NCBI GenBank assembly: GCA_025603075.1
Contig: MU626410.1
Coordinates: 1 to 47,482 of the forward strand
Reading direction: 5' to 3'
DNA: 47,482 nucleotides
DNA from: Neoconidiobolus thromboides FSU 785
Taxonomy: Eukaryota > Fungi > Entomophthoromycota
Shown piece after piece: positions 11,144-22,220 of this stretch. Position 1 is the first letter of the stretch, and each line of letters starts with the position of its first letter. The notes beneath the pieces are model-generated. The model was not told where the DNA came from and made no database searches. It worked only from the letters and a program-made list of their open reading frames with translations. A program made the translations under genes and the position numbers.

Positions 11144-12658
11144 ATGTCAAACAATAAAATTACCTTATAGCGAAAATGGTGATAGTAAGAACAAAATATT
11201 AATCATAGCTAATGAGCAAGCCAACTCGATCGATTTAAATAATCGACCAAAAGAACTATTAATCAAGAAATAACAAGTGATAAAAGATTAACCGTGGATC
11301 TAGCTACCGACCTCGAGTATTTAAACAACTTGGAGTTTTCCGAGTTTATACAAGGAATAAATCACCTAAATTCATTATCAGTAAGCGAAAGTTATTTATT
11401 AGTAAAAAAAACTACTAGTTGAACCAAAGATAAAGCGGTGAATAACCAAAATTAAAATGTAAGTATCATAGATTATCTAAAAGAAAGAGAGATGATGGCG
11501 GTTTTCTACCTTGTTCCTATAGTATCTCCATTGGCCATGGAATTCATGACCAAAAATTCCTAAAGTCAATGTTAGTAACTGCATGCACAATCATCCTTCT
11601 TTCCTTAATAATGATAAAAAAACATGTAATAGATGATTATAGTATATCTGTTTTAAATGAACAACAGAATAATATTATAGATGTTAATAATCAATCACAA
11701 GAAACTAATAGTCTAGTGGCTACAAACTATGATGATCAAAGTGAACATATAGCCACCAATAAATATCCTTTAAATAATCTTGAGTTTACAGATGTAATAA
11801 AAGCCATGGGCCATATAATATCACTAACATTAAATAAGAACTATTTATTAGTAAAAAAAAATTGAAATCGAAGAAAAGATAACCCACTTTTTCATCAAAC
11901 ATTAAAATGTAAATATTCCAGTAAACCAAGTTTAAATAAAAATAATTTGAATTGCTTGTCATTTCCATATAAAGCCTCCAGTGGTCATAAAATTAAGGGG
12001 AATCTAACATTTAAAGTTACTGTCTTTAAGTTTATCCATAATCATCTACCTGTATTTATCAATAATCTAGAAGAGGGGATGGAGTTGATAAAGGATCCTA
12101 CCAAAAAGCCGATATCATTAGAATACTCAAATGAAGGAAATTTAAAGGGTCACAAAACGTACCACAGTTAGATTCAGAGGACTCAAATACTCAATTTTCT
12201 ATTGAAGAAGCTAAAGATAAATCTAAAAAACAAATTACTAATTCTATTAAGCTTCTATCGATTTCTAATGTTACAAGTAGACATTATGATAAGTTATCGC
12301 CACTAAATAAGTAGCCTCTTATTGCTAGCACATCATTTTTAAAAAATAACCATAGTACAATTATAACATGAAAACAATCAAGATAGCGCTAAGGGTAGAG
12401 CTATATTGTATGAAAGTAATCCAACTAATACTAGTCATATGAGCATTGTATCTAGAAACAATCAAGACAAAAATAATATAACTATATCACTAAATAATAC
12501 CCAAAAAAAGACTGTTATGTAATTATATCACATGAAAATAAGCAAAATAACGACAGTATCATAACTACATATGAAGTTAGTCGAAATAACATTAGCGCAG
12601 CTATATTGCCTGAAAATAATTATAAAAAAGTTCTAAAAAATTCAAACATTAAAAATAG
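11144..12658 (+). pseudogene. Frameshifted/nonsense paralog of the 13054-14709 tandem zinc-finger gene
   Basis: Starts ATGTCAAACAATAAA like the intact gene. Fragments LEYLNNLEF..GINHLNSLSVSESYLL, LKCKYHRLSKRK..FLPCSYSISIGHG..KVNVSNCMHNH and HIATNKYPLNNLEF are collinear with the intact copy but broken by stops and indels. The 3' end aligns with the KKPKH terminus. Confidence 0.85.
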
Positions 12659-13053
12659 TATATTTCAAATTTAAGCTCTTTTTGTGTTTTTTAATAAGTT
12701 TTTTTTAACTTAGACCTTAATCTTTTGTTATATGGAATTTGAACTAATACTCATTTTTATTAACATTTATTTAGCCAAGACATCATTAATGATGACTAAA
12801 ATTATTGTTTTATAGCCAATCAAATCTAACCATCAGTTGGTTTTAAACTAGGCTGTAAATTTAGTATGGTGATGAGTAACAAATTTTATCTCTGATAACT
12901 AATTTAACTTATTTTAAACATATATTACAATATATATAATATAGCCATAAATATTATAAGGTATCATAAACTTACATTTTAACAAACAGTAACCAAAAAT
13001 TGTTCTTTAACTTTTATTTAATAAGTATTTACTGATAAAAATAAACATTTTAA

Positions 13054-14709
13054 ATGTCAAATAATAAAGTTAATAGAGAGGATGACAATAAAGATGATAA
13101 CTCATCAACTATAAAAAGTATTCAAGATAATAGAATAAATTCAAATACAGAAGATTCTTATAATCACAATGATAACAATAATGTTAATAAAATATATACA
13201 CAAGATGAACAAACTAAATCAATAGATTCTAATATTCAATCACAAGGAGCTAACGTCTCAAATTTAACAAAAAAACAACCAACTGAAACTTTGACTACAA
13301 AGCTCGAGTATCTCAATAGTTTAGAATATAAGAATTTAGAAAATGGTGTGGATCATCTTGTGTCATTATCATTAAGTGAAGGTTATTTATTAAACAAAGC
13401 AAAATACAAAAGGCTTAAAGATAATAGAATGAGTTATGTAAGATTAAAATGCAGGTTTCATCGATTATCAAAAAGGAAAAAAGGAGATAATAATAATTTT
13501 GTTCCTTGTCCTTATTCAATTTCAATTGGTCATGGTGTTCGTGGTAGAGATGTTTTTAAGGTTAATGTTAGTAATTGTAGCCATAATCATTATTCAATGT
13601 TTAATAAAGATAAAGAGAAGAAAATTGATAATAACAATGCCATTTTAAATAAAGAAAGCAGCGAAAATGAAAACAAAAATACATCAGTTATTAATCAACA
13701 AAATAGTACATCAGATATTGATGCTCAATCACAAAACAATACAACAAATAGTAGTAATCAGCACGAAGAAAACAGCGCAACAGATGATAATAATCAACCA
13801 CGACAGATTAATAGTGTAATATTCACAGTTAATGACAACCAAACTGAGCATATAACTACGAATCAGGATTCCTTGAATAAGCTAGAATTTCCAGATATAA
13901 TCGAAGGTGTCAACCGTATTGTATCATTAGCAGTAAGTGAAGGCTACTTATTAGTCAAAAGTAAAACAGATCGAATAAAAAATAAATCCCTTAATCATCA
14001 AGGATTAAAATGCAAATTTTATCGAAAATCAAGTTTAAATAATGATAATTTAAATTATTTGTCTTGTCCATATAAAATTTCAATCGGCCGTAAAATTAGG
14101 GGAAGTACAACCTATAGAGTAAATGTAATTAATTGTAAACATAATCATCCACCTATGTTTCAAAATGAGATTAAAAAAGAGCTACAAGTTGTAGAGGGTA
14201 TAAGTAATCAATCATCTCTATTACAATATTTGAATAACAGAAAATTTAAAGATATCGATGCAATACTACAATTGAACTCCGAAGACTTAAATCATCAATT
14301 TTCTATTAAAGATGCTAAAGAAAAATTGAAAAAGCTAATCTCAAATACTTTGGATTTACTACCAATTAATAAACTCTTATCGATTTCTGATGTTATTAAT
14401 TCGTATTATGATGAACTATTAAGAGCTAATAATCAAAATCTTTCCAATGGTGCTTTTGCTCTTCAATATGATTCTACAGAATTCGCTATAGAAAACGAAA
14501 ATGAGCAAATTAATACTAGAGATAGAATTTTAGCAATCCTAAATGAACAAGATGGTAATGATATTGGGTCTAGATCGCCTGAAAATAACCAAACCATTAG
14601 TGATACAACTTTGCCATCCAAAATAAGTCAAAATAATACTAATAGTCCAAGTATATTGCATGAAGATAATCCAGAAGAAAGGGTTAAAAAACCAAAACAT
14701 CAGCAATAG
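13054..14709 (+). CDS. Intronless Asn-rich protein with two tandem C-x17/18-C-x24-H-x-H domains (FAR1/AFT/WRKY-GCM1-fold-like putative DNA-binding protein)
   Basis: 551-aa ORF with an internal duplication: LKCRFHR..VPCPYSISIG..KVNVSNCSHNH and LKCKFYR..LSCPYKISIG..RVNVINCKHNH, each preceded by LN.LE...GV...VSL..SEGYLL. No DDE catalytic domain seen. Confidence 0.75.
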   Translation: MSNNKVNREDDNKDDNSSTIKSIQDNRINSNTEDSYNHNDNNNVNKIYTQDEQTKSIDSNIQSQGANVSNLTKKQPTETLTTKLEYLNSLEYKNLENGVDHLVSLSLSEGYLLNKAKYKRLKDNRMSYVRLKCRFHRLSKRKKGDNNNFVPCPYSISIGHGVRGRDVFKVNVSNCSHNHYSMFNKDKEKKIDNNNAILNKESSENENKNTSVINQQNSTSDIDAQSQNNTTNSSNQHEENSATDDNNQPRQINSVIFTVNDNQTEHITTNQDSLNKLEFPDIIEGVNRIVSLAVSEGYLLVKSKTDRIKNKSLNHQGLKCKFYRKSSLNNDNLNYLSCPYKISIGRKIRGSTTYRVNVINCKHNHPPMFQNEIKKELQVVEGISNQSSLLQYLNNRKFKDIDAILQLNSEDLNHQFSIKDAKEKLKKLISNTLDLLPINKLLSISDVINSYYDELLRANNQNLSNGAFALQYDSTEFAIENENEQINTRDRILAILNEQDGNDIGSRSPENNQTISDTTLPSKISQNNTNSPSILHEDNPEERVKKPKHQQ

Positions 14710-15065
14710 TGATTATATCTCATTCTATCCTTTTCATCTCTTTTTTAATAAACGCGAATTACACTTATTTTTAATATTATATTTATTTTTAATTTAGTTC
14801 AAAATTTACAGTAAAATTAGTTAACCATATTAAAAATAAATTGAAAAATGATATTACCTAAACTTGGAAAATGAGGTCATTATTTGAAAGATTTCGAAGG
14901 AGATATTCAAAATCAATTCAAGCCACTTTTTAATCAAAAATTAATTGTTAACTATCACTTTTAAATTTTTTATTATAAAAAAAGCCACTCATTTCACTAT
15001 AATTAACATATAACAAGTATAGTCAATAAAAAAACAAATAAAAGAAGAAGTAGGACGATCCAAAT

Positions 15066-18046
15066 ATGGACAATAGCAATTTAAATTACTTTAGTATAAG
15101 TCCACCATTAACCAAAAGAAATTCTCAATATGAATTAAAAACAATTAAAAGTAAAACAATAGTAAAAATACCTTATTCAAACCTAAGTAACATGTATACA
15201 AATCATGAAGAAAATCCAATAAAATCTCCACCAAATGCCTTATTAAGTCCTATGAAACCCAGTACTTATCCATTAATGCAACAAGCTTTATTTAATAAAC
15301 ACAATTTTTATAATTTAGAAGATAGTTCGGGGAAATTGTACAATTATTTAAACAATAATATATTACAACAAAAACAGCAACAGTCATTAAAAGAAGAAAG
15401 GGAAGAAAGGTTACAAGTGTTAAAGAAACTAGGTAGTACTAATAATCATAGAGTAAGAGCTATGTCTCATTCTAATTCCTATCCGCCAAATTCACCAAAG
15501 AGATTAATGTTATTGTTACAATCGAATACTACCAGTAGTCAACCAAAATTATTGTCCGAAGAACCAGAGGAGTACTCATATACTAATTCAGGAACAAAAA
15601 GTCCACCATCAATAGAATTAACACAAACCTTCTCTCAAGCTTTATCCACAGATAAAAATCATTTGAATGTTCAAACAGGAAATCGACCTGGAAGTGGCAT
15701 AGTTAAACCAATCAAATTCAATGAAAAATTCACTATAACAATATTAAATGTAAATCACAATCGACCATTAAATCCAAGTTATGTGGTAGTTACTTTTGGT
15801 GATAAAATTTATCAAACTCCTTTAAGTAAAGAAAAGAATGGAAATTGGAATTGTACTTTCGAGTTTGAAGTTTCTTATCATTATCAATTATTTGGTACTT
15901 GTCAGGTAAATGACAGTTGTTAAGGATTTATTGTAATGAAATTAATTGACCTTGTTCCTTTAGTTAGATTTATATGAATATACTTGGCTTATACCCGACA
16001 GTCATAAAGGTAGAGCAGAAATAAGATTAGCTACTTTAGATGGATTTCCAGAAAGTTTTAAAAAGTAAATAACTAATAATAATATAAAATGTAATTAATA
16101 ATTAACAATAATAATTTTAGTTATTATGAATTATATGATCGAAAATATTCACTTGGAACAATATCTGAATTAGCAAGACGTACTAAATTAACTCAAAATT
16201 TAGGGGCAATTCAAGTCAAAATTAATTATCGATTTATGAAACCAAGCAGCAGAAAGGATTATTTAAAATTCAGTAGTCAACATAATAATAATAATCAATT
16301 CAGTTCAATCGAACGAGAGAGTATAAAAGAAGAAGACAATAATATTGATAATAATACTAATAATGAAGAAAATAATGAAATTGAAATTGATACTAAAGAT
16401 ATTGAAAGTGAAAGACAATTACACGAAGTTTTAATAAACCCATTGATTAAAGAAAATTTTAACAAAATTGAAGAGGACGATAACAATAATAATAAAGATC
16501 CTTATTCATATGGTAAAGTATCTCTAATTTCTGGAGATTCTGATTCTATTCACGATCAATTGTTAAATAATGATGATGATGAAGGTATGTTTAATTTTGT
16601 AGGTTCTTATATTTTATCTAAAGGTACTAGAGCAGTACTGAAGGGTATAACTAGAGTTTATTTGGCGTTTGTAAGTTTGTATTATAATATGTTATAATAT
16701 ATTTATTAATATTCTATTTTCAGAATCAAGGTTTAGAATTAAAATATATTGAATTTTTCAATGGTATATTGTTATTAGAAAAATATTATTTGAAAGAAAC
16801 AGAATTATTGTCACAAAAAGAAGAATGTGTATCGGACTCGAGTTTGTTAATTACCAATTTTTCTAAAGTGAAGGAAGCCAATTATTTTTATAAATATGCT
16901 TTAGCAGCTTACGGTTGGCGAGGTTTAGTATTTTTTTCCAAAATAACGCCTTTAACAGCAGGACAAATAATGACAGACCATGGGGCAATTAAAGAATATT
17001 TAAAATTAAATGATAATTTATTATTAGGCTATGAATTTCGATCTAATGAATTATTTCAACCTACTTATTTTATTGCTTTGGATCAAATTACTCAATCTCT
17101 AGTTATTAGTATTAGAGGAACTATGGTAATTTTATTGCTTATTGTTATTATATTATACATTCTATCCCATTAAGTTATTTTATTTATTGTTTATTATTAG
17201 AGTGTTTTAGATACTTTGACAGATTTAGTATGTGAATACCAACCTTGGCGAGGTGGATTAGTCCATTCAGGTATTTTAGCTGTAGCCCAAAGTTTAATGA
17301 AAAACGTAATTCCTAGTGTGATGGCACATGCAATACAACATCAAGTACGAAAGATCTATCTAGTCGGTCATTCGTTAGGTGGGGCCACTGCTTCATTATT
17401 AACAATGATGTTAATAGATCATTTACATGAATTTCGACTACCTAAACCAGAATTTGAACTAAGATGCTTTGCTTTTGGACCACCACCTTCCTTTTCCTTA
17501 AATTTAGCTAAATCAGAAAGATATTTACCTTATATTCATACCTTTGTGGTACAAAATGATATTATTCCTAGATTATCTTATGGTGCTATGATGGATTTTA
17601 AAGCTGCAGTTTTGGCAGCAACAGAAGTTATTAATGAACATAATCCATCAGTATTGTCAATGGAAAGGTTTACTTCGATGTTTCAAACCTCAGAAGAAGC
17701 TAAAAAACAATTAGAATTGAAATTTGAGATATTAGATAAAGCTTTGAAGCATCAATTAAAAGTGGAACAGCTAAATCCTAAATTATATTTAGCAGGGAAA
17801 ATTTATCATCTAAAGTCAAAAGATAAATTAGTTACTCCATTTGATAAGTTAAACAATGGCAGTAAAGAGAAACAAAAGAAAAAAATATTTTATTATTGTT
17901 TTTCCGAAGAGGCAGATAACTTTTTGGGGATTAAAGTTAATTCGTCGATGCTTCTAGATCATTTACCTTCCGCTTATGATTTTGCTTTGGAACAAGCTCA
18001 AGATCTGATTGATCAATTGGCCGACTTTGCTGATACTAAACTTTAA
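15066..18046 (+). CDS. C2-domain plus class 3 lipase (DAG-lipase-like) protein; ~5 exons
   Basis: C2-like segment (YVVVTFGDKIYQT..GNWNCTFEF..LDLYEY); lipase motifs VISIRGT, GLVHSG, LVGHSLGGA (nucleophile elbow), FAFGPP, DIIPRL, DHLP..Y. GT-AG introns link the track ORFs. Confidence 0.88.
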
Positions 18047-18350
18047 ATAAGGGTGATTTTAGTGTAATTAGGTTTATTATATTTTAGAATGTAATTTGTA
18101 CATGTATTATTTTTTATAGTTAACTAATTTTATCAAATTCAATTAAATTATATGAATCTTTATATTTATTAATTTAATCCTTTTTATATAATAAAAAACA
18201 ATTTGAATCAAAATAGTATAAAAAGGTTGCTATTACTTTCATATAATTACTAACAATACCTAGTCTCTAAAAAACCTTTCTACTTTATTTTATTATAATA
18301 TAATATTCCTATTATCCCTTCATGATGAACAACATTTTTTTACTTGTCTA

Positions 18351-18931
18351 TTATTTGTTTTTTTTTGACGTATAGTATCATTATCATTAATTTCATGACC
18401 TTCATTTAAGTTTAATTCTATATTTAAAAAAAAATTAGTAATCTATCTCTTTTTTAAAATTTACTATTTGATAAAAATAATAAAAATAATAAAAATATGA
18501 ACTTACTATAACTTGCACCTTCTTTAGATTTAACTGCTTGCACTACATTTCTTTCTAATATTTTGGCTACTTCTTTGGCGTATTGGATGGACTTTTGGTG
18601 AGAATAGATTAAATAAAAGATTAATTCAAATGTTTTTATTAATAATAAATGGATATGGAACTTACCTTGTTTATTGTATCTTCATTTGTTTCATTTCTAT
18701 ATAACTCAAACTCACTTCGTGTCTTCAAATGAGCAGCTATTTTAGAAGATTAATTCAATTCAAATTACAATCCATCATATCAATATTAAAACTACCTTTT
18801 AACGTTGGCAAATCACCTGGATAAGCAAAAGTTAATAAATTTGAAAAGCTTTGGGATTGTATTTTACCTTTAAAGCAAGTACGTTGTACTTTGAGTAAAT
18901 AGCGATAAACTTGAATGGCTTTTGGGTTCAT
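18351..18931 (-). CDS. MZM1: LYR-motif complex III assembly chaperone Mzm1/LYRM7; 5 exons (not in ORF track)
   Basis: Spliced: MNPKAIQVYRYLLKVQRTCFK|GDLPTLK|AAHLKTRSEFELYRNETNEDTINK|SIQYAKEVAKILERNVVQAVKSKEGASY|KLNLNEGHEINDNDTIRQKNK. The VYR (LYR) motif, F.GD and NVVQ are typical of Mzm1. Confidence 0.82.
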
Positions 18932-19189
18932 TTAAAAAACAAGGATAGAAGCTAATTTTTGGATTAAACTGAATTTTAAAGTAAAATTCGAGTTTAAAAT
19001 AAAACTAAAAATTGAAAAAATCCTTCTATGATCATATCTACAATTAATTAATATTAAACTAAAATCAACAAATAAAACATTGTTGGAAAAACTATTCTTT
19101 TTTAATTTATAATATATTTTTATTTTTTAATATAAATCATCAATTTCAATCTCTCATAACCCTATTCCTCAATTCGCTTTACTAGAATT

Positions 19190-19478
19190 CTATTTCTTCT
19201 TTTCAGTTTGGTGGTCTATATCTAAATCAAACAGCTCTTTCCCATCTTTAACAGGAAATTTCTGTTCTAATTTATCTGATACAAAAGTACCTAATAATGC
19301 TATGCTAATACCAGCTAAAAAAATTAAATAATTAAAATTAATATTTTAATGAATAATAACATTTACTTAATCCTATAACCAACCTCGTTCTCTTTGGTAA
19401 TGACGTAAATGATTGAAATATACTTTTACTTTTCTTTGTTGATGGTGGGGGATTGATAGATTGCTTGTATAAGGCCAT
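19190..19478 (-). CDS. Small (~77 aa) single-pass membrane protein, 2 exons (not in ORF track)
   Basis: ATG at 19478 in ACAATCATGGCC context. MALYKQSINPPPSTKKSKSIFQSFTSLPKRTRLVIGL|TGISIALLGTFVSDKLEQKFPVKDGKELFDLDIDHQTEKKK*, with one GT-AG intron and one hydrophobic helix. Confidence 0.65.
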
Positions 19479-19635
19479 GATTGTTTTTTCTGTAATAAAG
19501 AATGAATAAAATGTTTTTGAAACTGAAAAATTGAAAAGCTTAAAATGGGTTGTATTTTTTCTAGAATATAATTAGTCATCAAAGTCAACTTTAAATTGAG
19601 ATTTCAATTACTTTTTTAGTTCTTCATCTTTTTAT

Positions 19636-20537
19636 ATGATGTTCCTTCAACGCACCAAATCGACATTACAAAGTTTAAAACAAACAGTAAATTAATATTA
19701 AGTATAAATAGAACAGGTATTTTAACCCTTAAACTCAGCCCATAATAACCAAAGGGATATCATTGAATCCTAATATATTATTTGTACGGGGAGAGAAAAC
19801 TGATGTCAATAGTTTAAAGCAAGGTATGTTTGTTGAATATGAAAATAAATTATGGAATATATTACATAAAGAGCATGCTATTTCTGGTAGAGGCTCAGCT
19901 AAGATAAAGGTAAGTTATTATTAAATTAATATTTTTGAAAAAAATATGAACTGAGTTATTTTTTTAAAATTAGCTTGAACTTTCTTTAGTTACTGGTAAC
20001 TTAAAAAAAGTAGAAAGATTTAAACCTGGGGATACTTTGGACGGTAAGGAGAAAATATTGATGATTATTATGATATTCATTTTTCACATTATAAATAGTG
20101 AAAACAGTCAAACCTGAACTTTATCAATATTTATATTCGGATGGGGAAGAAGTGCACTTATTACATCCAGAAACGTATGATCAAATCTCATTACCAGAAG
20201 CAAGTTTTTCAGGCAATGAACGTGGTAAATTGTTTTTAGAAGGTAATAAAAAAAACTCAATTATAACTTAATACTTGGTAATAATGAAACCTGTACAGAT
20301 GGTATGAACGTATATGTTGATGCTTTAGAAGGAGAAACTCCAATTTCTTTTCGCTTACCAGAAAATTATAAATATGAAGTAGTGTCTGTTGATATTAAAA
20401 AACAAGCCTCTAGAGGGGTATCAAATTGTCCAGCTACCCTTAAAAATGGCGTTACTTTAACTGTACCTGAATTCGTTAAACCAGGTGATTTTATTATTGT
20501 AGACTTACTTAACTTAAAGTATAAAGAAAGAGCTTAA
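19636..20537 (+). CDS. efp: Bacterial-type elongation factor P, probably mitochondrial; ~5 exons
   Basis: DVNSLKQGMFVEYENKLWNILHKEHAISGRGSAKIK|LELSLVTGNLKKVERFKPGDTLD|..YQYLYSDGEEVHLLHPETYDQISL..|..PATLKNGVTLTVPEFVKPGDFIIVDLLNLKYKERA. This follows the three-domain EF-P pattern, and the N-terminus is basic and presequence-like. Confidence 0.88.
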
Positions 20538-20833
20538 AGGGATTTTTGTAAAAAAACCGTGGTGAATAAACTAGATGAACTAATATTGTTTTATTCATCA
20601 TTATAATATGCTATTAAATAGCTTGAATATGTTAAAATTATGTAATAGTTTTTTCAACATAACTAATACTAGTTAGTTTCAAATTTTAATAGTGTAATAA
20701 AATATGGGGCTTTGATAATATTTACTTTACTGTAGCATTAACTTAAAAGGTCAAAAATCGATATATATATTGATTAGCTTTATATTTATTTAAAAAGCAA
20801 TTTAGTTTTTATTTTTGATAACATTTGGTAATA

Positions 20834-22220
20834 TCAGTCTTTGCAGTCGCCAATTCCACCAGGGTATATAGAGTATCCTAAAAACAATTACTAATAGATT
20901 CAAATGCCTAATAACTATTATTTACTAGCTTCACTTTCTGGCATATCTGGAGAATCATAAATCTTTACTATTCTTTCCTCTCCTTTTCCTTTTCTTAAAC
21001 TTAATCTGGTAGTTGAACTAATAATGATCAGTATTTATCTATTATCTTAGTTCATTTATTTACGCATGTGCTAGAATATGACCTCCAACCGGTTTTTTGG
21101 GATCTGATGTAAACATCATAGTCGCACCAGGATCAGAAGTCATCTACTAATAGTTAGATTATTTATAAAGGCATCATTATAATAACTTGATTTGTAATGA
21201 ATACAGCAAGATTGAACTCTTCGGATATTTTAATTAACCTTGACAAAAAATAATTCAGTTTTTGTTGTCTTTCTCCAAGTTCACCACGACCAGAAAAGTC
21301 AGTTCGAAACAGGGCTATAACAGAATCAACAATCTAACAATGTGTTATTTTGATTTTATATTTATTAACTACTAATAGCTTAAAAGATCTCTCTTCAATA
21401 AACCTTGCTACTAAATCCGATAATAGATCTATTTGATGTTCTGAATTATAAGCCCTAGCAAAGGTTATATTATCTAAAACTGCGTCTGGATCAAGATCAA
21501 ATCTTTCTGCTATTTCTTTAATCCTTTCTGGCCTAAATGTTCCTTCGGTATCAATATAAGCAGCTTTCCCACTTGCACCTCCTACTGATAATGGGAGCTG
21601 ACAAGTTACACAAAGGGTATGGGCTATTTGAGTCTTACCAGTTCTAAATTCACCAAATGCTTCAGTTATCGACATGGATTGAATACCACCTATATATTAT
21701 TATAATTCGACTTTTTAATCAAGTTATTTCATTACCCCCTAATAACACATCAAAGTCCTTACAGCCAGTAGTGATTCTTAATATTGATTTTCTTTTTAAC
21801 AAGAAATCTGAAGCAGATATGAAGCTACAGTTCTAAAAAGTTAGTTGAGATTGAACCATAGTTAGTGAGTTTACAAGGATTTTAGATGCTGCTTCTTTAA
21901 TTTTGTCAACTTTTAGCTCAGCCAAACCTTTTATTTTACACAAGTTTCGTTTTGTTGTCATTTGAACAGCCTATTAGGATTATATATAGAAAGATAGATA
22001 AAAAATATTTACTTTAATTGTACATATTCCATTAGATTTTAATTTGGAAATATCTGAACTGTTAATTCCATGGGATTGTAGTTCATCTATCTCAATCAAC
22101 GTGATATCCTATGATTATCAGGATTATTTACTAAGTTAGTAGTATTATTACTTCAGTTGACTGCTCCTCTTCAACCTCAAATTGAGTAGCTACACTTTTT
22201 TCTCTTTCTGAAGTTGCCAT
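20834..22220 (-). CDS. DMC1: Meiotic recombinase Dmc1; ~8 exons
   Basis: [28 protein letters not shown] (DMC1-type Walker A context), [61 protein letters not shown]. The introns checked are all GT-AG. Confidence 0.95.

Noticed and set aside
11144-14709. Autonomous Mutator transposon
   Set aside because: No DDE catalytic domain, SWIM finger, long TIRs or 9-bp TSD could be found around any of the three copies.
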